A stretch of DNA of 64,000 nt from Proteromonas lacertae (lineage: Eukaryota), in NCBI GenBank assembly GCA_002245135.1, contig NGBS01000583.1:434001-498000 (forward strand). The letters run 5' to 3'. The translations under genes and the position numbers were made by a program. The notes beneath the pieces are model-generated. The model ran no database searches and was not told the DNA's origin. It saw nothing but the letters and a program-made list of their open reading frames with translations. The stretch's first letter is position 1; each line of letters begins with the position of its first letter. Below are positions 41,099 through 54,985 of the stretch, in pieces.

Positions 41099-42154
41099 AT
41101 GTCAGTGTTGATAAAAAATCTTGAAAGAATAACTACACCTCAATCATTAAAGGAATTCATACTTTCATTACCAAATAGTAAGTAATTGAACGATAATATT
41201 TAGGTGCTTATTCTACAGCAAGATCATTTCATGGAATAAATATATTCATGTATCAATCACAGATTAAAAGATTATGTAATCAATAATTAACTATTCTATG
41301 TAGATGAAACAATAAATTCTCTGTTAGATGATTCTAAGAAACTTACATATGATAATATTGAACGTATGTTTGACGAAAGTGTATCAAAATCATTAAACTT
41401 GTTTCTTAAAGAGAATACAAATGTAAAAGATTTTAAATTCACAATTATTCTCTCTAAATTACCGTCAAATGTATAGTTATATACTAATTGTACTAAATTA
41501 TTGTATTTAGAAAATCGATAATTATGTGCATGTATGTAAAATGCCAGAACCAAGTAGTCATCCTATTAAAGTGGGTGTAAGAATAGGCCATAGAGAAGAT
41601 TCAAAACACAAAACAACAGAATGGATGCAGTATTATATAATAGTTATAATTATAATTATATTAGTCAAAGAATAGGCTTTGAATCAGAAATAAAAATTCA
41701 CAATTATGAAGAAATAATAATGAAAAGAGAAAATGGTGATATATTGGAAGGAACTCAAACTAATTTCTTCACAATGAAGAATAAAATACTTTATACAGCC
41801 AATGAAGGAGTGTTAGAAGGAACTGTTAGACAATTAATAATTGATGTGTGTAAAGAGAATTCTTTGCCATTAAAATATGAATTTCCGAATATTAAAGATT
41901 GTCACTGTTGGGATGGTTGCTTTTTATGTAGTACTTCTCGTTTATTAATGCCAATTGATGAATTATATGTATTATCATTATTATAGATATTATTGATATA
42001 GATTACTGATGACAAATGTGTGAAATATTCATATGATAATGATTTTGCTAAGAATCTGTTGAAATTAGTGGAAAATAGTGCATTTAAGAAGTATCCATTA
42101 TTTTCTTTATTAATATGATGTTATAGTTCAAAACCAATTAATATTAATTTATAA
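41099..42154 (+). CDS. Class IV PLP-dependent aminotransferase (BCAT/D-AAT/ADC-lyase fold)
   Basis: AYSTAR, HREDSKHK, ILEGTQTNFF, LYTANEGVLEGTVRQ, CFLCSTSRLLMPI; 3' end approximate. Confidence 0.8.
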
Positions 42155-42266
42155 AATGAATATATGTTTTCTATTTGCTTTGTATTTTTGTATTTTTATT
42201 TTATGAAACGAATATGTTTTTGAAAATTGTTCAAAATCTTTTTATCTCAATCTCTTTAAATAGAGT

Positions 42267-43964
42267 ATGTCAAACGTATATATTGTTTATTACATGTTGC
42301 TTATATCATTAAAATCAATTATAGGAGAATTAACAGTAAAAATAACTTCAAATGAAGTAATTCCTTCTAAAAAAGTACCTTATCCTGTTATTGCTGAATT
42401 TTCAAGTGATATAGTCGAATTTGATGATAGTAAAGTAATTATGTCAAATGTTCACAACATTGTCTTTATATTAAACTCTACTAAGTCATATTCCATTCAT
42501 ATTTATCCAGAAGATGATACAAAATCTATAACATTCCAATTAGATGTTGGAGCTGGTATTTCAGAGAGTGGTGAACAATCAAGCAAATCTAACGAAGTTA
42601 CTATTAGTTTCTCAGAATTCATTGAAGATATATATTTTTATACAAATTCTTCATCATTTGAGTATTGGTATAATGGATTATCTCTTCCAGATGAAAATGA
42701 TAAAACACGATATTTGTTATTTCAAATTGAAAAATCAAATAAAATTGCAGATAAAGATGTTGAATTTGAAATAGCATTTAGTCCTTATAGATGTATTAGT
42801 GATGCAATGTATTATATACATCAATCAAATAATTTAACAACTATTTATAAATTGGAAGATGATACAAATGTTGCTAATGTAACTGCCACTAAAGCGTTTA
42901 ATTTAAAGTATAAATATGATAATAATTTGATGGTTTATGATACATATTATTCAGGTAGAATACAGATAACATTTGAAAATGTGAATGCAAGTGAATCAAT
43001 TACTTTAACTGATACAGATCCTGATATTTATAAATATATTTCCTTTCGATCATTATCAAATAATATATTACATATAAAGAATATTGATTTTACAAGAAAA
43101 AATCAGATATTTACAATTAAATTGAATTATAATCCAAATGATTTTATATATTCACCATTACAAGTATATTACACTTTTAGCAGACCAGTTATTAATGCAT
43201 TATATTCAATATATTTTGAAACATGTGATAGTATATATGTTGAAAAAGAAGTTGAAATTAATAATAAGATGGGTGTGATATACATTGCTCCATTATATAA
43301 GAGTTTTGAGAAATGTACAATTTCAATGGTTGGTACTGTCTATTCAATTGATGGAGATATGTTATTAAAAAGTGATTTAGATTCAATTGTATATCCACAA
43401 CAATTCATAGATAATTATCAAATGAATTTTCCTAGTACTCAGTATAAAATGAAATATATGGAATGGAGTAATGTAGATAATAAGAATATCAAGTCTTTTG
43501 AAATATTATTTGATTTAGAATGTGTAGATGACACTGTAATTGGATTTACTAATGATCATATATTATATCCATTTGAAATAACATTTGGAGCAAATAATAA
43601 TCATTTTATCAATGTAACTTATACATACAGAATAAATTTTACTGTAAACGAAATAGTTTCAAGTATAGACTATCCAATATGTCAGGCAAAATCTAAATTT
43701 ATTCCTGTATGGTGTAAAATAGAGATATTTAAAAATCATTTTACAGTATGTTATGGAAGTGGAATTATCATAAATAAAGATGTGTTGCTTCATATAGAAG
43801 TGAAAAATAAAACAGAACTAGTAATTCCTCATTATTTCTCTTTTAAATCAAGATATAATAAAGCATACGTAAAGAATATAAAGATTTTAGATAATCCAGA
43901 TATTTCTTTAAATATAGGTATAAATAGATTAATTGTAGTAATATTGTTATTAATTTTATTTTAA
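42267..43964 (+). CDS. Intronless secreted/surface protein: Ig-like repeats alternating with FAMeT-like beta domains, hydrophobic C-terminus
   Basis: 565-aa uninterrupted ORF; signal-like N-terminus; EFSSDIVEFDDSKVIMSN...YSIHIYP...GAGISESGEQS (bacterial Ig-like pattern); FEITFGANNN...PVWCK...YFSF; ends IVVILLLILF. Confidence 0.55.
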   Translation: MSNVYIVYYMLLISLKSIIGELTVKITSNEVIPSKKVPYPVIAEFSSDIVEFDDSKVIMSNVHNIVFILNSTKSYSIHIYPEDDTKSITFQLDVGAGISESGEQSSKSNEVTISFSEFIEDIYFYTNSSSFEYWYNGLSLPDENDKTRYLLFQIEKSNKIADKDVEFEIAFSPYRCISDAMYYIHQSNNLTTIYKLEDDTNVANVTATKAFNLKYKYDNNLMVYDTYYSGRIQITFENVNASESITLTDTDPDIYKYISFRSLSNNILHIKNIDFTRKNQIFTIKLNYNPNDFIYSPLQVYYTFSRPVINALYSIYFETCDSIYVEKEVEINNKMGVIYIAPLYKSFEKCTISMVGTVYSIDGDMLLKSDLDSIVYPQQFIDNYQMNFPSTQYKMKYMEWSNVDNKNIKSFEILFDLECVDDTVIGFTNDHILYPFEITFGANNNHFINVTYTYRINFTVNEIVSSIDYPICQAKSKFIPVWCKIEIFKNHFTVCYGSGIIINKDVLLHIEVKNKTELVIPHYFSFKSRYNKAYVKNIKILDNPDISLNIGINRLIVVILLLILF

Positions 43965-44189
43965 AAATTGTAAATACTATTTTATGTTGAGTGTATTAAA
44001 TTTTTCTTGAATGACTGAATATAAAGTGTATCGAGATTATCCAGAACTTGCAGACTAAAATTTATATTATATTTCGCCTGTTTGTATAGAAAAAAGAGTT
44101 TTGAAAATAAGAATAATAATATATTCGTTTTATTTGAAATTTGAATTATAATTTGATTTTTCTAATCGCATTGCATTTATTTAAAGAAT

Positions 44190-46300
44190 ATGGCAGAAGA
44201 AAACGAAGATATATGTCCAGAACTAACTGATTTTTATAAAAATATTACCAAATGTGATTTGTTGTGTGATGTAACTCTTTTGTGTGTATTAATATTCATA
44301 GAATATATTAAAACAAAAAAGATCGCAACAGAGATTGATTGATGACCTTCATAGCACTCTTAGAAGAATATCAGAAAAAATGGTGAAGTATAGAAACATT
44401 TTTATTTTAAATAGTGATCAACAATATGTAGTCTTATTTTTAGATCATTTGAAATCACATATAAAACAATTAGAAGACACTGTAAATATTCTTCAAGATC
44501 AACTTTCAAAGTATGAATATATGAATATAAAATGAATAGTATATTAGAAAAATGTTGGGTATCAAACACTTTATATGAAGAACTCCATGTAACTATTCAA
44601 AATTTAGTAACATTATTTTCAAATTTTAGTGATACATTATTCAAATTATTACTCAGTTATACTCGTGAACAGATGAGTTTAAAACATAAATATGACGAAG
44701 CTTGCCAATATTATTATGGAGAAGGAATAAAACAAAGTTATAAGAAAGCGTATCAATTATTTGAATCATTAAAAGATGAATATGCAATTCATGCAAAAGA
44801 TAATGAAGAGAATTATTATTATGCTGGTTGTTTGTTTAATAAATTGGGATTAATATATCTTCATGGATTAGATGTTCAAATAAATTATACAAAAGCTGAA
44901 GAATATTTGAAAAAGGGAATTGATAATTATAATAATTGTGAATGTAAATATAATATGGGTATATTATATGAAAAGAAAGCATATCAATCAAAAGTATATA
45001 TAATATATATTAATATATATAAAATAGGATAATAAAAATAAAAGTAAATATTATTGTATAGCATTAGAGTATTATAAAATGGCAATGGAAACTCCTGCAT
45101 ATAAACACTCTATCTACACAAAACAAATCGAAGCAAAAACTAATTATGCAACATTAATAATGAGATATCAAAATCTATTTTCATTACCAGATGGAATAGA
45201 TAAAACAGTTTATCAATATCTAAAAGAAGCAGCAGAATCAGAATATCCAATAGCTCAGAATAACTTTGGAGTTTTATTAATACAAACAGAAAAAAGAAAA
45301 AGAAATAAAAGTGAAATAGATCAAAGCAGATTAATAAAAGGAATTGAATATATCAAAGCTGCAGCAGAAATGAATTATGATGTTGCATTGACGAATTTAG
45401 GAATGTGCTATGAATTTGGAATTGATGAAAAAGATTATTTAAAATCTGAAGAATATTATAAAAAATCATGTGATTTAGGCAATCATTATGGAATAACAAG
45501 TTATGGATATATGTTGTTAGAAAAAGGATTGGCGCTTGGTCCAAAATCATTAGAAGGAAGAGAATATTGTTTAAAAGCACAAAACTATTTTTCATTAGCT
45601 GCAGGAGTTCATGAGTATATATATATATTATATATATTCATATATAATTTGTTAGTTCTGAAGCAATCTATTATTTGGGAGTTATCTATGAATTTGGTTT
45701 AACAGGAGATGTAAACTTGAATAATTCAGTAAATTATTACTATTACTCACACAGACTTGTATATATTTTTATTTTTATTATTTTATTTATGTTATTTAGC
45801 ATCATATAAAAGCCAGTTATAGATTAGGTTTATACTACTATTACTACCACCATTTCAAACAAGGAGTTCAATTAATAGAAAAAGCACAAGAATGTGGCTA
45901 TGAAGAAGCAAATCATAGAATGAAATTAATAAAGAATGATCCAGACTACAAAACGCTAAAAGAAGGAGATGAAGATATAAAAATATTGGATATAGAAAAC
46001 ATTGGTAAAATAGAATATCCTGAAGAACCTGGCAATTATATTGAATTACTATTGTATCGTGATATGCCAAGTATTATCAGAGATGAAGAATCCACCACTA
46101 GTGTGAAATACGATATGATTTTACCTATTCCAATTCCATTAGCGATGTCTGATGCAATGACATATAGAGATACATTTAGTAAAGCACAGCCATATACATA
46201 CAAATCTGCATTTATAAAGACATTACAGAGAGATGAATTAATATCAACAAGTTATAATAGAGGTCAACCTAAACTAAAATATTATATAGATGATTATTAA
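44190..46300 (+). CDS. Sel1-like repeat protein
   Basis: LGLIYLHGLDVQINYTKAEEYL, AQNNFG, ALTNLGMCYEFGIDEKDYLKSEEYY; about 7 short introns. Confidence 0.85.
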
Positions 46301-46391
46301 ATAATGTATTTATTTCTCTAAACACACACAATTATGAGATTAAGTTCTAATAAATTATTTTGCATTATTTTAATTATCACTTTGTATTTTT

Positions 46392-47044
46392 TTATTTACC
46401 TCCTACTTTTTGTGATTTAGAAGCTTTAATATTTGCTAATTTTTGGACATAATCAGTAAATTGAGAATCAAAAGCTTCCATTGTTTCTGGACCAACTGAA
46501 ATAAATTTAGATCCTAATAAATCGTCTATTTAACAATAATTAACATAATAATACCTAATCCTCTTGTTCCTGTTGTTGAATAACCAACTCCTAGACATTG
46601 CTCAGCAGTTATTGTTTTTGAACTTTTTATAAATCTTGTGTAACTATTGATAAATATATATTTATTCTTAAAAATACAGAAGTTTAAGTTCTTTCTCACT
46701 ATTTTTGTCATCTGGGTTATATACAAGCAAAAATCCGTCAGCATTTGCTTCCATTGCTAACCAACAATTTTCAAATCTATTTAAAATATAATTAGATTCA
46801 GCAGAGTTAATACTTTCTATCTCCTGAACAATCCCACAATTCAACATCCACAGTATCCATATCAATTTGTCTTTCAAATTCCAATATACTATAACCATAA
46901 TAAAGGTAAAAAACAATACCGACTACCAATTGTTGGTGTATAAGTAGAATCTGACTCATCTTTAGGATTGTATAAGTACTTACATAATCTTGTCTTCCCA
47001 GATTTGACTGGACCTATACATACAATCTTTAAAACATCAAACAT
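46392..47044 (-). CDS. IFT22: Intraflagellar transport protein 22 (Rab-like 5)
   Basis: Spliced LKIVCIGPVKSGKT, YTPTIGSRILEFE, VELWDCSGDRKFENCWLAM; four introns. Confidence 0.88.
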
Positions 47045-47108
47045 TTTTTAAAATTGAAAAACGACTGAAAATACTAATACACCGTGTATTTTTGTATTAA
47101 TTTATAAA

Positions 47109-48455
47109 ATGGCTGAAGAAAGCATTGAGAATTTAAAGAAAGAAATTGCTGAATTAAAGCAAAAGGTATGCTATGATTTATTACATTTAGGTTGATATAT
47201 TAGAGAAAGAGAAACATGTTGCTCAAAGAAAGAAAATAGATATAATGAATGCAGATGTAAATGATGAAAATCCGTACAGCAGATTAATGGCATTGAAAAG
47301 AATGGGAATTGTTGAAGTATTTTCTATAAGTCCATTGTTTTGTTTAGAATTATGAACAGATAAGAGATCACAGTATTGCAATAATTGGTTTGGGTGGAAT
47401 TGGTAGTGTAGCTGCAGAAATGTTAACACGTTGTGGAATTGGCAAATTACTACTTTTTGATTATGATACAGTAGAAATAGCCAACATGAATCGTTTATTT
47501 TTCCGTCCAGAACAAGCAGGAATGACAAAAACATCAGCAGCTAGGCAGACATTAGAAGCAATAAATCCTGATGTAATATTTGAAGATTATCCATTTTGAT
47601 ATAACATCCTATATCTTTTTATTTTTTATTGATTTTTTTTATTAATATAAACATTTCTTTAATTTATATTTTTACCAGCTAGCTTTGAAAAAATGGTAGA
47701 ACGTTTCCAACATGGTGGAATTGATAATAAATCACCAATCAGTTTAGTATTAAGTTGTGTTGATAATTATGGTGCAAGAATCGCAATAAATCAAGCTTGT
47801 TGTGAATTAGATCAGCCTTGGATGGAAAGTGGTGTTTCTGAAGATGCAGTATCAGGACATATTCAATTTATGTTACCAGGAAGAACAGCTTGTTTTGAAT
47901 GTTTACCACCATTAGTAGTAGCTTCAGGAATAGATGAAAAGACATTGAAAAGAGAAGGTGTTTGTGCTGCTTCATTACCAACCACAATGGGATTAATAGC
48001 TGCAATGTTAGTCCAGAATGTATTGAAATATTTATTATCGTTTGGCCAAGTGTCTTATTTCCTTGGTTATAGTGCTATGACTAATTTTTTCCCAAGTGAT
48101 ATTATGAAACCAAATGTTGATTGTGCTAATAGTGCATGTGTTAAGTGTCAAGAGAAATGGAAAGGTAAATGGACAGCTCAAGTGTGGAAAGGACAAGGAC
48201 ATGATGGTGTAGAGAATAAAGAAGTTGTTCATGAAGATAATGAATGGGGAATATGTGTGGAAGAAGAAGGAGCTGAAGTTGGAGAACCAATTAAAACAAG
48301 TGTAGAAGGTATTGAATTTGAATATGCGCCATCTGCTCCTACTTCTTCATCTACAGCTAATAATGATAATAATAATCCATCATTACCTAAAGCTGGAAAT
48401 GATGACAAGTGTTGAAGATTTAATGGCTCAATTAAATGCTTTAAATTCATCTTAA
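47109..48455 (+). CDS. UBA5: UFM1-activating enzyme (E1); apparent frameshifts near 47592 and 48406
   Basis: [67 protein letters not shown]-terminal [12 protein letters not shown]. Confidence 0.95.
47611..47675 (+). other. AT-AC (U12-type-like) intron, 65 nt, in UBA5
   Basis: ATATCTTTTT...TTTCTTTAAT-TTATATTTTTAC, with no GT donor at the required position. Removal gives [14 protein letters not shown] in frame. Confidence 0.88.
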
Positions 48456-48609
48456 ATATTCATTTTTTTTTATTATTCTTTTATCATTTTTTTCAATAAA
48501 AAAAACAAAATATTATTACAAAAACATAGTTATTAGAAAATAATAATAAGTGTGAAGTAGTATTTGTTTTTAAACGAATATATATTATATATATAAACTT
48601 AATCAAAAT

Positions 48610-50015
48610 TTAAGCTTCAACTTTAGCTTTCTTTGAAGATTCTTTATCTTTATGTTCATGTTTTCTCTTTTTTTCTTTCTTCTCAGTTTCTTCACTCTTC
48701 TCTACTTTCTTAGGTGTTTCATCAGTTGATTTATCATTATTATTATCACTAGCAGATTTAGGTTCATTAGATTGAACAGGTTGTATTTTATACCATTCAG
48801 GTGGAGTATTACCATTAGGCCTTCCATGTTTATCTAACTTACCATCAGCTATTAATTGCTTCTTCTTTTGTGCAACTGGTCCTAAACCCCATTTTCTTGG
48901 ATATGTATCTCTCTCCATTATAACTCTCTTTATCTTTGATACTATACCATGATCACAAGATGCAATAACAGCTGTATTCATTTGTGCAATACCTAAAGCA
49001 ATTGCTTCACCTTTAGTTGACATTAAAACAACATCATCACCTACTTCAATACCATCACTATATCTCAATACACCAGGAATCATTAACTTAGCACCATAAC
49101 AGATCGCATTTACTGAACTATCCTTCACCACAATACGTTTATAACTCACTAATAACAATTCTAATGGTTTAATAACACGTCTTAAGTAACTATCATCTTT
49201 TCTACTATCCATCATATATTGAGCATCTAATACATCATGCATTGTACACATATCCATTGTTTCATCAATTGCTCCACTTCGTACTCTTCTTAATTCCTCC
49301 ATATGTCCTCCTACTCCTAATATTAAACCTAAATGAACACATAATGTACGAATATAAGTACCAGCTTCACAACTTACCCAAAATACACCTAATTGTTTAC
49401 TATTGTCATATTCTAATAATTTACTCTCATATATGGTTCTTACACGAAGTTGACGTTTTACAGCGGCGATTAATGGTGGTCTTTGGAATAATGCACCTGT
49501 TAGTTTTTCTAAAGCTTGTGTTAATTGAAATTGATCTTCTATGGCGTTGTGTAGTCTGACTATTGCTACGTATTCTTTACCTGCTCCTTGTTGAGATTTC
49601 ACCAAACGAGTAGCTCTTTCTATACAGACGATTAAACATCCTGTAACTTTTGGATCTAAAGTACCACTATGACCTGTTTTTTCTACTCTCAAGATTCTTT
49701 TTACCCAAGCAACAACTTCATGAGATGAGGGATTTGCTGGTTTGTCAAGATTAATTACACCATATCTAATATGTTCTTTGATAGGTCTTTTGATTGGATT
49801 AAAACCACAAGGAATTGGTGTGAAATGTCCAGTTCTAACATTCAATTTATCATAGTTTCTTAATAACAAAGGCCATTTCGATGTATCTGTTTTACTAGGA
49901 ACATTTTCTGGTAGAATAACTGTATCTACTTCACTATTTTCTTTACTATGTTTATGATGTTTTGAGCCTGATGTGTCTATTGCAAATAATATGTTGATGA
50001 TATACCTTTACTCAT
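48610..50015 (-). CDS. DKC1: H/ACA pseudouridine synthase dyskerin/Cbf5
   Basis: [41 protein letters not shown] domain, Lys-rich tail; one 5' intron. Confidence 0.97.
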
Positions 50016-50146
50016 TGTTTATTGAGAAAAATGGAATTAAAAAAGAGTTGAATGAGCGGGATAAACTCAAACTTTCAGGCTTGAGTTTTGTTATTTATAA
50101 TTTTTTCTTATCATTTACACAGTAATATCCAATATATAAATCACAA

Positions 50147-51628
<1,482 letters not shown>

Positions 51629-51782
51629 TTTGAATATATATTTTTTCTTTATCATGTTTTGATTATTATATTCTTATCTAATCAAGAAATAAAATGAAAA
51701 ACAAAATCAAACAATAATCAAGTTTTTGTTATATGTTTGAAGAAGTCAAGCTAGAAATTTTAATTTTTGCTTTTATTGAAGA

Positions 51783-52270
51783 ATGCTCGATATTAATAAA
51801 TTATTAGATGTTATGAACAAAGCTGTAAATGAAAATATAACAGCTGCAGGTGTATTTATTTAATCAAATATGCAAATATAGATTATTGGAAGAAAAAGGT
51901 GAAATAATCAGTGCATCTTCATCCTATAAACAATTTCAACAATCACATGCATCGATTATACTATCAATGCTAACAGAATTCCAAAACATACTCAAATCAG
52001 AAAAAACTACTATTCAGATGATGAATTTTCAATTTTCAGTATATTTTATTATATATCATATTTTATGAATATTATAGGACCAGCAATTAATTATAAAACC
52101 TGTCAAACCACCATATTATATTGTGATTATTGGAGATATAAAGGTTATGCCTGCTAGATTCATTGTAGATGTATTAATATAATAATTTTATTAAATTGAA
52201 ATAGTCAAATAAACTATGCACATACTTGCAACAACAATTTGAGAGTTTACCAACACTAGAAATTAAATAA
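51783..52270 (+). CDS. Roadblock/LAMTOR2-like protein; the first exon junction needs a 1-nt correction
   Basis: MLDINKLLDVMNKAVNENITAAG/LLEEKGEIISASS resembles the LAMTOR2 N-terminus; about 130 aa, three introns. Confidence 0.55.
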
Positions 52271-52364
52271 TGTATGTATTTTGTTAATTTTGTGATTAAT
52301 TTTGTATTTATGTAGTGTTTTATACCTACATACATATAGATAATAAAAAAACTAAATTATTGAT

Positions 52365-52681
52365 TTAAAAACCACCACGGAGGGTTAATACCATGTTAAC
52401 AATATCTCCAGATTGAATTCCAGAGCTAACAACAGTGTAAGCGTCATCTCTATTAATATAAACCTAAAAAAACATACAATGGACGACCTTTGTAGACTAA
52501 TCTGATTTGATCAACGCTAATACCTTCCTTTTCTTGTAATTCTTGTTTTAATTTTAATATCTAGGCTATAAAACTCATTTTACATACTGTATCACCATCA
52601 TTGACTGTTACATCACGATTACGGCCAGTAAGAGTCTGAAGAAAAATATAATATAAAAAATACTCTGATTTTAATTTGCAT
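52365..52681 (-). CDS. NEDD8/Rub1-like ubiquitin-like modifier (not in the ORF track)
   Basis: Four exons give MQIKIRTLTGRNRDVTVNDGDTILKLKQELQEKEGISVDQIRLVYKGRPLDDAYTVVSSGIQSGDIVNMVLTLRGG-F*. Confidence 0.8.
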
Positions 52682-52901
52682 TATACAATAAAAAAAAGAA
52701 ACAAAAAAATGAATAACTGAACAGATTAAATCCTTAATTTACATTAAATATGTAAAGTTATTTTTCTATCATTGAAAATTGCATGTTATGCTGAGCAAAT
52801 AATGTTACAAACACAAAAATGTCAATCAACAGATGTTTAACGAGGATAGTAATATATAAAAAAATAATAAACATTAACTATAAATAAAACCTATTTTGTC
52901 T

Positions 52902-54985
52902 TTAGTCTACAGGCTTTTCAAGTGCTTCAAGATTCTTCTTATCTCTTGGATTGCTCTTCATGGCGTTATACACTGGATCAAATTTCTCTTGAAAAACTGT
53001 TAAAATATCTGGTAATGATGACTTAAGTAAACGTCTCACTACATAAATGCCAAATCTATGTTCAGCAACTGTGGTTAATGTTGATTGATCTATAGTTATT
53101 TCATTCACTATACTGCTCTGTATATCTTTATCATTCTTCAATATCAATTTTTCCAATACATTTGAACTATACTTTTGCATTGATAATTCCACGATTTTCC
53201 CTTTAATTAACTCATACACTGAATGTGAATATATAACTGGTCCATTTTCAATAATATACTGTAAAGCATAATTACCATATGGTTCACTAATAATTGTTGA
53301 TGATGAATTGATAATTATATCAGCAATTTTATCTTTACGTGATTGATTACCAATTTCATAACATTTCTATACAATAAATAAATAAATAATAATAATAAAT
53401 ACTTGCACAACATAACATCCAAATTTAGTTTTGGATATATCAATTACATGATTTTCTACTAAGTCAAAAATAAATAACGACATATCCTCAGGAATTTTTC
53501 TATACACAATTGTAAGACATGATTGCCATGAGGATCGATAGATAATTCATATACATGATCTTGAATATTTGTTTTAATTAATTCAAATTGAGTGAGTAAA
53601 TGACATTTCTTGATTAAGGCCTGAATGGATCTACTTCCATGTTGATCTTTTGAAGCAGTCACTAATTGGATTTGAATATTCTTCAATATCATAAATATTT
53701 GATCATCATTACAATAATCAATAATTTTTTGAAATAAATAATTACCAAAAGGATCCATTATAATTTCCACAAATGAATCAGACAAGTTTGATAATAATAA
53801 AGGAACTGAAACTTCAGGATTACTATCCAACTTCATTTGTAAGGTTCTACAATTCATTTGATTCTTTGGAATCCATAATATAGAATCAGATAAAATCCCT
53901 TTAGTTGGAGTCATTCGATTATTATCATCTTGTTGTTGTTGTTGTTGTTGTTGTTGTATTAATGGTGAAGATATTAATGGAACAGTTGATGGTGGAAGTG
54001 GTGGAGTGCCATTACTCATCATAGATGATGGTGAAGATGGTGGTTGTAATGGTGGAGATTGCGAAGAGTAATATACATTCTTATGACCACTGTTGGTACT
54101 ACTACTAGAGCGTGCTAAAGGTGAACTTGTCACTGGTGAATATGGTTGTTGTTGTTGTTGTTGTTGTTGTTGGGGAGGAATTGGTATGGGAGGAGTCATC
54201 GACAATCTTTGGAATTGTGCTGTTAATGGATCATAGGATGGTTGATTGATTCTACGATCGTTGTAATTGTATAAAGAGTTAGAACGTTGAAAATTATTAA
54301 TATTCCTAATATTTGGATTGATATATTGATTTGAATCTGTGTATGCCTTTCTTATATAATATGTAAATTGTTGTTGGTTTTGAATTGGCATTCCTGATTG
54401 GTTATACTGTTGTTGTTGCTGTGGTACTGGTGATGATGATGCTGAAGCTGAATACATTGCATAAACGTCTTGAGGTGTATTGGGAGGTGGAGGATATTGA
54501 TAGATTCCTGACATATCTGAGGAATATGACATTATTTCTCCATCTTGAAAACTATAAGATTGTTGTTGTTGATACTGTTGTTGTTGTAAACTGTAATAGT
54601 CAAATCCTGGTTGTTGTTGTTGTTGTTGTTGTCTTTGATAAATATTGGGGTATTTGGTAAGAAGAATCTGATTGAGCATGCGTTTCTCTAAACCTTTGGT
54701 TGTTCAATATATATCCTTCTGGTTCAATATTCATTTCAGAATGAAATCTACCTATCTGCTCTCCATGAATAACTCTATATCATTAAATGGTGAAATTATA
54801 TACCTTGGTTGGTTGTTTTGCCAAGCACATGTATCCATTTGGGCAGCATTTTGATTACTAATGTGAGGATAGCTAGATAGCACAGGCAATTCCGAAGGTT
54901 CATCATGCGGTGGAACTGAAATCCCACCAGCGGTTTGTGAGAATGGAGTCCAACTATATGAACTGTTTGAAGAAGAATCTGACAT
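52902..54985 (-). CDS. Pumilio/PUF RNA-binding protein with a Gln/Pro-rich N-terminus; apparent frameshifts near 54650 and 53489
   Basis: PUF repeats DPFGNYLFQK, DQHGSRSIQ, DPHGNHVLQ, EPYGNYALQY, QKYSSNVLEK, HRFGIYVVRR. Confidence 0.9.

Noticed and set aside
42091..42126. GTATCCAT...TTTCTTTAT...TAG intron as a GT-AG U12-type intron
   Set aside because: Only 36 nt (major-class size), the branch-like motif lacks TTAAT, and the intron itself is uncertain.
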